Of a DNA stretch of 40,439 nucleotides, positions 29,434 to 38,333 are shown in pieces; the stretch's first letter is position 1; each line of letters starts with the position of its first letter. The translations under genes and the position numbers were made by a program. The notes beneath the pieces were generated by a model. That model was not told where the DNA came from, made no database searches, and saw only the letters and a program-made list of their open reading frames with translations. Source of the stretch: Candidatus Heimdallarchaeota archaeon (GTDB lineage Archaea > Asgardarchaeota > Heimdallarchaeia > Hodarchaeales > Hodarchaeaceae). The DNA lies in assembly GCA_019057635.1 (NCBI GenBank), contig DXJL01000114.1, positions 1 to 40,439 of the forward strand. The letters run 5' to 3'.

Positions 29434-29720
29434 TGGGTACTGCAATTACGGAATTAATAAGATCAAGAAAGATGATAGTGATACCTACAAAGCCATTGCA
29501 ATGATGAGACATGACTAAATTTGTCAGACAACCCTTTTAAAAAAGAGTTCTGGACAGGATGAGCCACACATCCGCTATCCGGCAGGCGAGAAAAAGATAG
29601 ACTTTTTTCCACCGTTGGGACTACTTGTGTTTACAACCCCGTCTTTGACGAGTAACACATCTAACCTAGTTTCGAGGGTGTCACATAGGGACAATGACAA
29701 TTCCGTAATCGCATTTCCCA
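29434..29720 (-). ncRNA. candidate structured non-coding RNA (~287 nt); alternative interpretation is a MITE
   Basis: 19/22-nt terminal complementarity (29434-29455 vs 29699-29720), several internal hairpins with G.U pairs on the minus strand, ~42% GC by hand count, TATA-like TTTAAAAG (29748-29741) about 20 nt upstream. Confidence 0.5.
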
Positions 29721-29950
29721 TGACATGCTAGGAGTAAGATCTTTTAAAGGTTTAAGAGAGAGAGGTTACTGAAACTGACATTGGTTTTGAATCCAAATAA
29801 GTTTCAGATTTCCATTTTTCAGATTAAATCGATCGTGGCTTTGGGGGTCATCTTTTTGGAAAATCAGAATACATATCTAATGAGCGAAAAACTAGTCGTT
29901 TAGCTCCATTATAAACAAAATTCATCATGAATCCATTTCAGTTGTGAAAA

Positions 29951-31381
29951 GTGAAGGTGCCCCTAATGAAGAACTATGATGTTATTATGATCGGATCAGG
30001 ATCCGCAAAGAGAATCATTGGTCGATTGATCAATAAGAATCCTGAAATAAGAATTGCTATGATCGATAAAGATGAACCAGGTGGAGTCTGCTCGATAAGA
30101 GGGTGTATTCCCTCTAAACGCTTGATTTATCCAGGAATAGTAATTAGAAATATTGAACATGCAAAAAAACATGGAATTACTGTTAACATTGAAAGTATTG
30201 ATTATAAGACAATAATGGGTAAAGTACAGGATGAGATTCAGTCTAATATTCAAAAAACTAAGTTCAAGTTTAACAATGCCACCCAAGTGGACTATTATCG
30301 TGGTGTAGGAGCTTTTGTAGACAACTATACAATCGAAATTAACAATGAAATAATAAAAGGGGATAAAATTCTATTATGTCTAGGAAGTGATATCTCAATT
30401 CCCCAAATTGTTGATATAGATTCAATAGAGTATCATACAAGCAAGACAATCTTCCTAGAAAATTCACTCCCAGAGCTTCCTAGAAGAATTTTAATTGTAG
30501 GAGGAGGGTATATTGCTGCTGAACTAGGTCATTTTTATTCAGCAATGGGTTCAGAGGTCATTATCATTGGTAGAAACCCTCAATTCCTTCCTCAGGAAGA
30601 ATCCGAAGTATCAAAATTAGCTAGAAAAATATTATCCAATTATCTTACCATTATAACAAATTCAGAAGTAACAAAAGCCCAAGCAACTGCAGATGGTAAG
30701 CAATTAATGGTTAAAAACCGTACATCAGGAGAAACTAAGTCTTATACAGGAGACGAAGTAATAATTGCGACTGGAAGACGATCGAACTCTTATCTCCTTC
30801 AGGCAGAAAAGTCTGGAGTTGAGACAGATAAGAGAGGATGGATTTTAGTTGATGAATATTTGGAGACCTCTCAAAAGAATATATATGCATTTGGAGATGC
30901 AAATGGAAAATTCTTACTTAAACACAAAGCCAATTATGAGACTGAAATTGTCTATAAGAATGCTTTCCTAAATAAACAAGAAAAAGTTGATTATCATGCA
31001 ATTCCTCATGCGGTTTTTACTTACCCAGAAATTGCTGCGGTTGGATTACGCCAAAAAGAAGCAGTAGAGCAATATGGAGAAGAGAACATATTGATTGGGA
31101 GTATTCGATATGAAAATACTGGGTATGGACAGGCTATGGAATCGAAAGATTTCTTTGTGAAAGTAATTACCGAAAAACACACGGCCAAAATTTTAGGTGC
31201 TCATATAATTGGGCCTTATGCAAGTATCTTAATACAAGAGATTATTACTCAACTGTATACAAAAGAGAGAACATTTTCTCCAATATTGAATGGAATGCAT
31301 ATCCACCCCTCGCTAAGCCAAGTAGTGGAAAGGGCGTTCGCACGCTTAAAGCCTGTTAACCAGTATACACCCCCAATATAA
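29951..31381 (+). CDS. class I pyridine nucleotide-disulfide oxidoreductase (dihydrolipoamide dehydrogenase / mycothione reductase-like)
   Basis: IGSGS FAD site, GGVCSIRGCIPSK redox disulfide, GGGYIAAE, C-terminal HIHPSLSQ. Confidence 0.9.
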   Translation: MKVPLMKNYDVIMIGSGSAKRIIGRLINKNPEIRIAMIDKDEPGGVCSIRGCIPSKRLIYPGIVIRNIEHAKKHGITVNIESIDYKTIMGKVQDEIQSNIQKTKFKFNNATQVDYYRGVGAFVDNYTIEINNEIIKGDKILLCLGSDISIPQIVDIDSIEYHTSKTIFLENSLPELPRRILIVGGGYIAAELGHFYSAMGSEVIIIGRNPQFLPQEESEVSKLARKILSNYLTIITNSEVTKAQATADGKQLMVKNRTSGETKSYTGDEVIIATGRRSNSYLLQAEKSGVETDKRGWILVDEYLETSQKNIYAFGDANGKFLLKHKANYETEIVYKNAFLNKQEKVDYHAIPHAVFTYPEIAAVGLRQKEAVEQYGEENILIGSIRYENTGYGQAMESKDFFVKVITEKHTAKILGAHIIGPYASILIQEIITQLYTKERTFSPILNGMHIHPSLSQVVERAFARLKPVNQYTPPI

Positions 31382-31397
31382 AACATTTTCACTTAGA

Positions 31398-32276
31398 GTG
31401 GCTAAAAAAATGATAGATCTATTAGTATATTGGTTCATGTTTCCTATTGCGATAATAGTTGCGTCCATTGCAATGACCCTCGGAATTGGTGGTGCATTGT
31501 TTTTTTCTCCTATATTCATTATCCTTTTTCCAATTGTAGGGGTTCCTACTCTTTCTCCAGCTGATGCATTCGGAGCTGCGTTATTAACTGAAGTGTTTGG
31601 TTTTGCTAGTGGGTTGTTTGGCTATTCTAGAAAAAAATTGATTGACTTCAAGACTGGTATGACAATATTAGCCATTTCTATCCCTGCAGGAATTGTCGGA
31701 GTGGTAGCCAAACGTGTGATCGAAGATTTTGATTTAAATGAAGTCTTGAGTCTTCTTTTTGGGTTAGGACTTTGGATTTTAACAATTTACATAATAATTA
31801 ATAAAAGGAAAGAAAAACATGGTTCACCTGTTCCAAAATCATCTGATCCCAGTAGGGTTATTTTAGATAGTGAAAATAACAAATATGAGTACAAAGTATG
31901 TAATGCTCGGCAGGGAAGAGTATTAAATGGTATAGGTGGTTTTGCTGCTGGATTTATTAGTTTCGGAATAGGAGAGTCTGCAATCACTACTCTACGTGTT
32001 AGATGTGGCTTACCTATGAAAATAGCAGCTGGTACATCAGTATTCATAGTCACTGTAACAGTTCTCATTGCCACTTTAGCTGATACGGTATTAGTTGGAA
32101 TAGAATCCGTTCCATGGGAATTGGTTATATTCACTATCCCTGGAGTATTAATTGGTGGGCAAATAGGACCACGAATAGCAACACGTGTAAGTTCTGAAAC
32201 ATCTGAAAAATTAATGATTGCAATATTCGTCACTTTTGGTTTAATAATGATGCTGAAAGGGTTAGGAATATTTTAG
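31398..32276 (+). CDS. TauE/SafE (TSUP) family sulfur-compound exporter
   Basis: LGIGGALF..P, A.GTS, G.LIGGQIG.R, about 8 TM segments. Confidence 0.88.
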   Translation: MAKKMIDLLVYWFMFPIAIIVASIAMTLGIGGALFFSPIFIILFPIVGVPTLSPADAFGAALLTEVFGFASGLFGYSRKKLIDFKTGMTILAISIPAGIVGVVAKRVIEDFDLNEVLSLLFGLGLWILTIYIIINKRKEKHGSPVPKSSDPSRVILDSENNKYEYKVCNARQGRVLNGIGGFAAGFISFGIGESAITTLRVRCGLPMKIAAGTSVFIVTVTVLIATLADTVLVGIESVPWELVIFTIPGVLIGGQIGPRIATRVSSETSEKLMIAIFVTFGLIMMLKGLGIF

Positions 32277-32451
32277 CTGAACCTCTACCTTCATCGATGC
32301 TTTTGAAATGCTAGTTTTTCCTTTGGAAACATTTTTCGCTTCAATCCCCATTATTAGTGCTTCGATTCTCGAAACTTTCGAGATTCATTGGAAATTGTCT
32401 TTAAAATTTGCTTCTAAGTGTCCAGTATCATACGCTAAATTGGTGACCTTC

Positions 32452-33195
32452 ATGTTACAAAAAAAATATATCAAAATTACTTCTATATTCCTATTTTTCA
32501 GTTTTCTCATCGCTGGAACTCAAATAGCAAGTGCACGAGAAATTAACTTTGATGTACTGCAAGCTCCAGTAGTCGATGGAATCATTAATTCTAGAGAATA
32601 TAATTCATCAAAATCTTTTGGCAATGGAGCATTTGAACTCTCTTGGGAGCTCATAGATGATACAAGTATTTCAATTGGAATTGTAGCACAAACCACAGGA
32701 TGGGTTGCAATCGGTTTTGATCCAACAACCCAAATGCAAGACGCCGACATAATATATGCGTGGGTAGAGGCAAATGGGACGGTGGTAATTATCGATGCTT
32801 TTTCCCTCAATCCAACGGGGGGCAATCATCCACTTGATACCGATCTTGGAGGAACTGATGATATCCTTTCTTATAATGGGACAGAAAATGCAACAAGCAC
32901 TACCATAGAATTCACTCGTCTCCTTTCAACTGGTGACGAAAATTATGATAAAGATATCCCCGTTGAAGGTGAAATTGATATTATTTGGGCTTATGGTGCA
33001 TCAGACAGTTTTAGTGAATACCATGGTGGAGCTAGAGGATCATCAATTATGACAATCGGTACGCCTCAACAGACTACAACTACTACTCAAGAGAATCCCT
33101 CTACTACCACTACGGATAGTGCGCCAGGATTTCAAGGAATTTTTCTGCTAATTAGTCTATTTAGTCTCGCGCTCGTTTACCATGAAAGAAGATAG
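32452..33195 (+). CDS. DOMON-domain cell-surface protein with PGF-CTERM-like anchor
   Basis: GWVAIGF..QMQDADII..IEFTR.L.TGD..IIWAYG..YHG, Thr-rich linker, APGF + TM + basic tail. Start taken as ATG 32452 (signal peptide). Confidence 0.85.
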   Translation: MLQKKYIKITSIFLFFSFLIAGTQIASAREINFDVLQAPVVDGIINSREYNSSKSFGNGAFELSWELIDDTSISIGIVAQTTGWVAIGFDPTTQMQDADIIYAWVEANGTVVIIDAFSLNPTGGNHPLDTDLGGTDDILSYNGTENATSTTIEFTRLLSTGDENYDKDIPVEGEIDIIWAYGASDSFSEYHGGARGSSIMTIGTPQQTTTTTQENPSTTTTDSAPGFQGIFLLISLFSLALVYHERR

Positions 33196-33380
33196 GTTTT
33201 TTACCTACCTCCTTGCTTTTTTCTTTTTTCCAGAAATAGAAAAAAGATACTAGTTGGTCACATTTTCTGTTCGTTAGCAATTCTGAAGCGTGGGTGAAAA
33301 AAAACGGTTATCATCAACAATCCAGTCTGATCAACTTGGTAGTGAATTCTGAATCGGATAAAAAAGAGTGAGTGTAAATA

Positions 33381-33396
33381 AAAAAAGGTTTAAATA
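33381..33396 (+). promoter_or_regulatory. archaeal BRE/TATA promoter
   Basis: AAAAAAGG-TTTAAATA, 32 nt upstream of ATG 33429. Confidence 0.55.
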
Positions 33397-33428
33397 CTCT
33401 GAAAGAAAGGGAACGTTTGGAGTTAAAA

Positions 33429-33485
33429 ATGACAAGAAGGGATCAAGAAATTAATTTTTCACAGTCAAACAACCTTCAAATCTAG
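33429..33485 (+). CDS. possible 18-aa leader/precursor peptide
   Basis: MTRRDQEINFSQSNNLQI*, preceded by GGAG and a TATA box, upstream of the radical SAM gene. Confidence 0.3.
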   Translation: MTRRDQEINFSQSNNLQI

Positions 33486-33584
33486 AAAATACTCCGTCTC
33501 TTTTAGTAATTTAGTTCCTAGAACTTGGAGATACTCCAGCTATTATAATTTTAACTTGCCAGAGGTGCATTATCATGAGGACTT

Positions 33585-35108
33585 ATGAAATTCAACGATA
33601 GCCAAATTACATCAGTTAAGCTTGTTTCAATAAGCTTTCCAGGTCGAGATCTCTCTCTTGCCCCTGTTAGTATTAAAAGTTATATCCTTAAGGACCCTGA
33701 GATTTCAAAGAAATTTTCGGTACATATTTCCCAATATGATATTAATACTTCGAACGAGGATATATTTCAGGACTTAGAGACTGGTAATGAACAGATATAC
33801 GGGTTTACAGTCTATGTGTGGAATTTTGAGAAAATTCTTGCTCTCGCTGAAAAATTGAAAGAAACAAATCCTAAAAGAATTATCGTCTTAGGAGGACCCG
33901 AAGCAAGTGGTCTAGCTGAACAAATTCTAGTGAAATATGAATTTATTGATTTTGTATTCAACGGAGAAGGAGAATCTGCGTTCAAATCGTTTTTAACAAC
34001 TAAAGATTTGAGCACGGTTCCTGGTCTAGTATATCGAAAAAATGGAACAGTTTTAAGTAATCCAGAAGCTCAAATGAAGAATCTTGATGAACTAGCTTTA
34101 CCATATGAAAGTCAAGATTATCGAGAATATTTAGAGAACAGTAAAACACCTGTTAGGGCCGCGATTGAAACTTCTAGAGGATGTCCGTTTTCGTGTGCGT
34201 ACTGTACTTGGGGAGAAAGAAAGATGAAATATTTCAGTCTAGAAAAAATAAAACCAGCTTTCGAATTTTTATTTAATCATCCTAAGGTCAGAACCGTCTA
34301 TATCACGGATTCAAATCCATTTTTACGAAAAGAAAGATCCTTAGAGTTATTGAATTTCTTAATAGAAGCCAATAAACATAAAAAATCGGTTACATTTGAA
34401 GTAAGTCCCGAATACTTGACCAATGAGCGGATAGTTGAACTTATTAGTCAGCTGAACAATGAAGAATTCGCATTTGGGGTGCAATCAACAGCACCTGAAG
34501 TACTAAGTCGGATAAAGAGGAAGTTTAATGCAGAACTGTATCGTAAAAACATTAAATTGATCAGGCAACAGAATAAAGCAGTCGAATTTTGGTTTAGTTT
34601 AATTATTGGATTACCTGGGGACAATTACTCTCAATTCATTGATAGTGTTGACTTTGTGCTAAAATTGAAACCAGAAGGAATCTATTTTCACGAATTACTG
34701 TGTCTACCAGGTAGTGATTTATATAAGAATCCGAGTGAATATGGTATCGAATATATGGAGGAGCCTCCTCATAAATTAATTTCAAATGAGAGTTTTCCAC
34801 ATTTTGAATATAATCAGGCAAAGGAGCTAGCTTTCTTGATCTACTTGCTTCATAGAACATCGAATTTAAAGCAGAGTTTTTATGATCTATTTGAACACCA
34901 AAATGGTCAAGGATTACGGCTCGTAGATTATTATATCCAGTTTCAGACATTTCTCAAAGATCAACTTGATGTTCTGGATGGGAAATCCATCCAAGACCTT
35001 ACTTCATGGTTTTTTGAGCAAACTGCATCTGAATTCTTACAAGATCAACATAAAGTGGAGCAATTGACTCATTTGTACCATTCCTTTGAAACGGGGGTAA
35101 CTAGTTGA
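33585..35108 (+). CDS. cobalamin-binding radical SAM enzyme (class B methyltransferase-like)
   Basis: B12-binding domain (GFTVYVWN, VLGGPEAS, GEGE), ETSRGCPFSCAYC (CxxxCxxC), GVQS, LIIGLPGD. Confidence 0.92.
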   Translation: MKFNDSQITSVKLVSISFPGRDLSLAPVSIKSYILKDPEISKKFSVHISQYDINTSNEDIFQDLETGNEQIYGFTVYVWNFEKILALAEKLKETNPKRIIVLGGPEASGLAEQILVKYEFIDFVFNGEGESAFKSFLTTKDLSTVPGLVYRKNGTVLSNPEAQMKNLDELALPYESQDYREYLENSKTPVRAAIETSRGCPFSCAYCTWGERKMKYFSLEKIKPAFEFLFNHPKVRTVYITDSNPFLRKERSLELLNFLIEANKHKKSVTFEVSPEYLTNERIVELISQLNNEEFAFGVQSTAPEVLSRIKRKFNAELYRKNIKLIRQQNKAVEFWFSLIIGLPGDNYSQFIDSVDFVLKLKPEGIYFHELLCLPGSDLYKNPSEYGIEYMEEPPHKLISNESFPHFEYNQAKELAFLIYLLHRTSNLKQSFYDLFEHQNGQGLRLVDYYIQFQTFLKDQLDVLDGKSIQDLTSWFFEQTASEFLQDQHKVEQLTHLYHSFETGVTS

Positions 35109-36397
35109 GTGAAGACAACAATTCTTTTGAGGATTGCGGATCCTTTGTCGACCAGTTAGGTTCTCCAGTGGTATTTCTCCACGAAATCAATACTTTACCC
35201 AATTTCTCCAAGATTATAACCCAAGTAGAAGGGATTGAGAGGTATGATCGTGCTATATCGATAGCTAGACCCAACGATGTGATTCTTACAAAAACACATC
35301 CTGAGAAATCATATTTGAGGTGGCTCCAAAGCGTAAATCTCGGAACAAACCGAATTATTGTCTTAGATGGTAGTCCAAAAGAAACGTTGCCTGAACGAGT
35401 CTTGAAAAATGGGACAAAATACACTATTCGATCGCATTTAGGAAATCGACAAAAGAAAGCAGTACTGAGTCCATATTTCGGAGGACTCCTAGAACAACAA
35501 GTTTCTACATATTTAGATCTCGAAATGTATTCCTCTCCTCATATAGTAAGAAAATTTGACAGTAAAATCAATTTTAAAAACGCTTGTCGGAAAATTGGTG
35601 TTCCCGTCATTGACGAAGTCATTTTTACCATTAATTCAAAAAGTGAACGGTGTTTAATGGCATTAGTTAAAGTTGTAAAAACAAAACTGGTAGAGACAGG
35701 AAAAGTTATTCTTAGAGGGGAATATGGAGCGTCTGCATCGACTACCTATGTTCTTGACAATCTAACTTCACCGCTTTTGAGGGAACTTATTCACCATAGC
35801 CAACCAGGTGATCGGTATATGGTGGAACCTTTTTATGAAACACAATCGAATCCATCCTCAGTTTGGTTTATTTCTAAAAATAAAAGAATATTACATCTTA
35901 AGACCTCAAATCAGATCCTAGATGAGGAAACTTCCCATATGGGGAATGAATTTCCGGCTTTTTTTGATGAACAGGAAGTTAAAAGACTTTCCTATAAAAT
36001 TGCTCAGCATTTTGTAAGTGAAGGGTACATTGGGCCCTTTGGTCTTGACTATATTGAAAGAAAAGATGGATTTTTCGCTGCTGAATGTAATCCTCGTGTA
36101 ACTGGGTCAATGTATCCATGGGAACTTGTAACTCGTCTTGAGAATCGAGATGGGAGAATAAAAGCGGCCAAATCTGAGAATTTGCATATGCCTCGAAAAG
36201 GTCTGACTTTTACTGATCTTCAACGGATTTGGGATGCTCTCCTTTACGATGGGGAACAGACTACAGGAGTTATTTTACCCTTCAATGTTGGGCCTATTTC
36301 TGACGGTAAAATATCTGTACTCGGGACAGGTTCATCAAGCAAGCAGGTCGAAACACTACTTGATGAAGCCAAAAAGAGCCTTATGGAGTTACAATAA
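35105..36397 (+). CDS. ATP-grasp ligase, PGM1/pre-ATP-grasp-like
   Basis: DSKINFK, LRGEYGASA, MVEPF, GYIGPFGLDY, ECNPRVTGS. 4-bp TTGA overlap with the radical SAM gene. Confidence 0.78.
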   Translation: MSEDNNSFEDCGSFVDQLGSPVVFLHEINTLPNFSKIITQVEGIERYDRAISIARPNDVILTKTHPEKSYLRWLQSVNLGTNRIIVLDGSPKETLPERVLKNGTKYTIRSHLGNRQKKAVLSPYFGGLLEQQVSTYLDLEMYSSPHIVRKFDSKINFKNACRKIGVPVIDEVIFTINSKSERCLMALVKVVKTKLVETGKVILRGEYGASASTTYVLDNLTSPLLRELIHHSQPGDRYMVEPFYETQSNPSSVWFISKNKRILHLKTSNQILDEETSHMGNEFPAFFDEQEVKRLSYKIAQHFVSEGYIGPFGLDYIERKDGFFAAECNPRVTGSMYPWELVTRLENRDGRIKAAKSENLHMPRKGLTFTDLQRIWDALLYDGEQTTGVILPFNVGPISDGKISVLGTGSSSKQVETLLDEAKKSLMELQ

Positions 36398-36630
36398 TCA
36401 TTTTACTGATCCCGATAGAAGAAATATCCATAGACTAAGACAAATCCTATATGCATAATAATTATACTCCATTAAACATTTTAAAAAAATAGTAATCGAT
36501 GTTTTTCCAAATAATTATAAGAAATGCTTGTATCCTCAATAATGTCAATGGTGTTAGAATGATGGATTATGAATTTTGAGGATTATTCCTATCATACTTT
36601 TGACAAAAAAATACCCTATGAGACTTAAAA

Positions 36631-37470
36631 ATGAAAGTATATGATCCTGAACTAAATCCTGGAAAAACCCTTGAAGAAACAATTCAGAATTTTATTAATT
36701 GGATCCGAATGAGTAACCGAAACACAGCAAATGTGCTAAAAAGTGTTAATGAAAAATTACAGGATATCTCAAAAACAGAAGAAAATTTAAAGACCCTTGA
36801 GGCTTCACAACTCACAGAATTAGATAAAATAGATAAAATGTTGACATCAATCTCTCAGATCACTCAACAAAATAATTCCCAAGATGAAACCACAGATTCT
36901 ATTCGAGAATTACAATTCATGATCAATTCCTTATCCACCCAGATGAAGGATATCACTAGTTTCATTACAAATTTTCAAGAAATTATGGAATCTGAATTCA
37001 CTCAGGGCATGAATAAAATTGAAGGTGACATATTAGACGTAAAATCAGATATAGCGTTGATAAATTCTCAATTAAAAATACCACTGGAAACAATTAGCCC
37101 ATCGGGTGGTGGTGAGAAAGATATTAAACAAGAATTGACAAAGATCCGAAAACAAATAAATTGCAAAACAGAACAAGACAAAGCTAGCATTTTAGCAATT
37201 ATTGATGGATTAATTGAAGATCTTTCTCGGGAAATGATCGAAATATCGGGTCTAGATCTCAAAAAACGATTAATCCAGGCACGAACGCAGGTATATGAGC
37301 AAACAGAGGGATTAGCTCCTCGGTTTAGAAAAATGATGGACAATCACATGGATACAATAAATGATGGAACATTGTACTCTGCCGTCGCATTAGCACCGTT
37401 ACTGATTGAAGGAATTCGTCATATTCGAGAAATTTATGCCAGTGCTCCTGTTGGCCAAATTGACATATAA
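36631..37470 (+). CDS. hypothetical coiled-coil protein
   Basis: Long heptad-rich helical sequence, no catalytic motif. Confidence 0.75.
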   Translation: MKVYDPELNPGKTLEETIQNFINWIRMSNRNTANVLKSVNEKLQDISKTEENLKTLEASQLTELDKIDKMLTSISQITQQNNSQDETTDSIRELQFMINSLSTQMKDITSFITNFQEIMESEFTQGMNKIEGDILDVKSDIALINSQLKIPLETISPSGGGEKDIKQELTKIRKQINCKTEQDKASILAIIDGLIEDLSREMIEISGLDLKKRLIQARTQVYEQTEGLAPRFRKMMDNHMDTINDGTLYSAVALAPLLIEGIRHIREIYASAPVGQIDI

Positions 37471-37644
37471 AGGGACCATATTTCTTTTTCAATGATTCAC
37501 GTAAATCAACCAGTTTCGATCGATGACATTCTAGATCTGTAAGAACAAAAATTGACATTTCTGTCCCTCTCTTATATGACAACATACACTTGATATATTG
37601 TTTTTTAAATTCATTTTTCTTCCAGTTCTACAAGGGAAATCACA

Positions 37645-38217
37645 GTGAACCTAAAGACATTCGCAATAGAAATCTATGAGATAGCTGAGTGGAATGTTCT
37701 AAAAGCTATTTTTAGATTAAGCCCCAAAGATTTTGAAAAACAAATAACGAAAAACTTGAATCCAATAAGATGGGTTCTTGGCCATCTTACAATACATATG
37801 GATACGATTTTTAACTATCTTTGCCTTGGAGAAAGGAAGCTAGATCAAGATTTTCGAGATTATTTCACTTTAGGTCCAGATAGAGCAAACCAAAGAGAAT
37901 TTCCCATCTCGTATATGGAATTAATTGAGAAATTACTTGAATTTTCTAAAATCAGCTTTGATTTCCTTATTAATTTACCTGAAGAAAAGTTTTTACAAGT
38001 ACCAGAGCACAATACTGGGAATAATACAGAAACTATTGGTGAATTAATACAGAGAATTTCCCTCCATTTTTTAGGTCACACTGGACAGATTTATCAGATT
38101 AAGAGAGAACTAGGAAAGGGAGGTACTTTTGTAATGGGTGTGAAAAAGAAGAATCGTTATGATAGTAGAGCTAAATGGCTGAATTGGTGGAATGAAAACA
38201 AATCTCAATACAGCTAA
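37645..38217 (+). CDS. DinB/YfiT superfamily protein
   Basis: NPIRWVLGHL and H...HTGQI His triad. Confidence 0.85.
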   Translation: MNLKTFAIEIYEIAEWNVLKAIFRLSPKDFEKQITKNLNPIRWVLGHLTIHMDTIFNYLCLGERKLDQDFRDYFTLGPDRANQREFPISYMELIEKLLEFSKISFDFLINLPEEKFLQVPEHNTGNNTETIGELIQRISLHFLGHTGQIYQIKRELGKGGTFVMGVKKKNRYDSRAKWLNWWNENKSQYS

Positions 38218-38333
38218 GTCAATTTTTCTCTTTTGCATCAAGCTATCTCATTTAAATGAAAGAGTATAAAGAATTCAAAGTATACATTTCAAAGATCTAA
38301 TTTCACAGTATAAAGAAAAATAAGGGAAAAGCT

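Noticed and set aside
29434-29720. SRP RNA, RNase P RNA, tmRNA or retron msr-msd identity for the structured element
   Set aside because: No SRP helix-8 motif, no RNase P conserved regions, no T-loop, and no reverse transcriptase in the window.
29426-29730. IS/MITE as the primary call for the inverted-repeat element
   Set aside because: No target-site duplication in the flanks and no transposase, and the G.U strand bias plus TATA favour an RNA. Not fully excluded.
33561-33584. AGAGGTGC resembling the 5' end of a lysine riboswitch
   Set aside because: It lies only ~16 nt before the start codon, leaving no room for the aptamer or its other motifs.
36499-36579. Short ORF MFFQIIIRNACILNNVNGVRMMDYEF downstream of the ATP-grasp gene as a precursor candidate
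   Set aside because: No SD or clear promoter link, and it lies in AT-rich DNA upstream of the next gene. Weaker than the upstream candidate.
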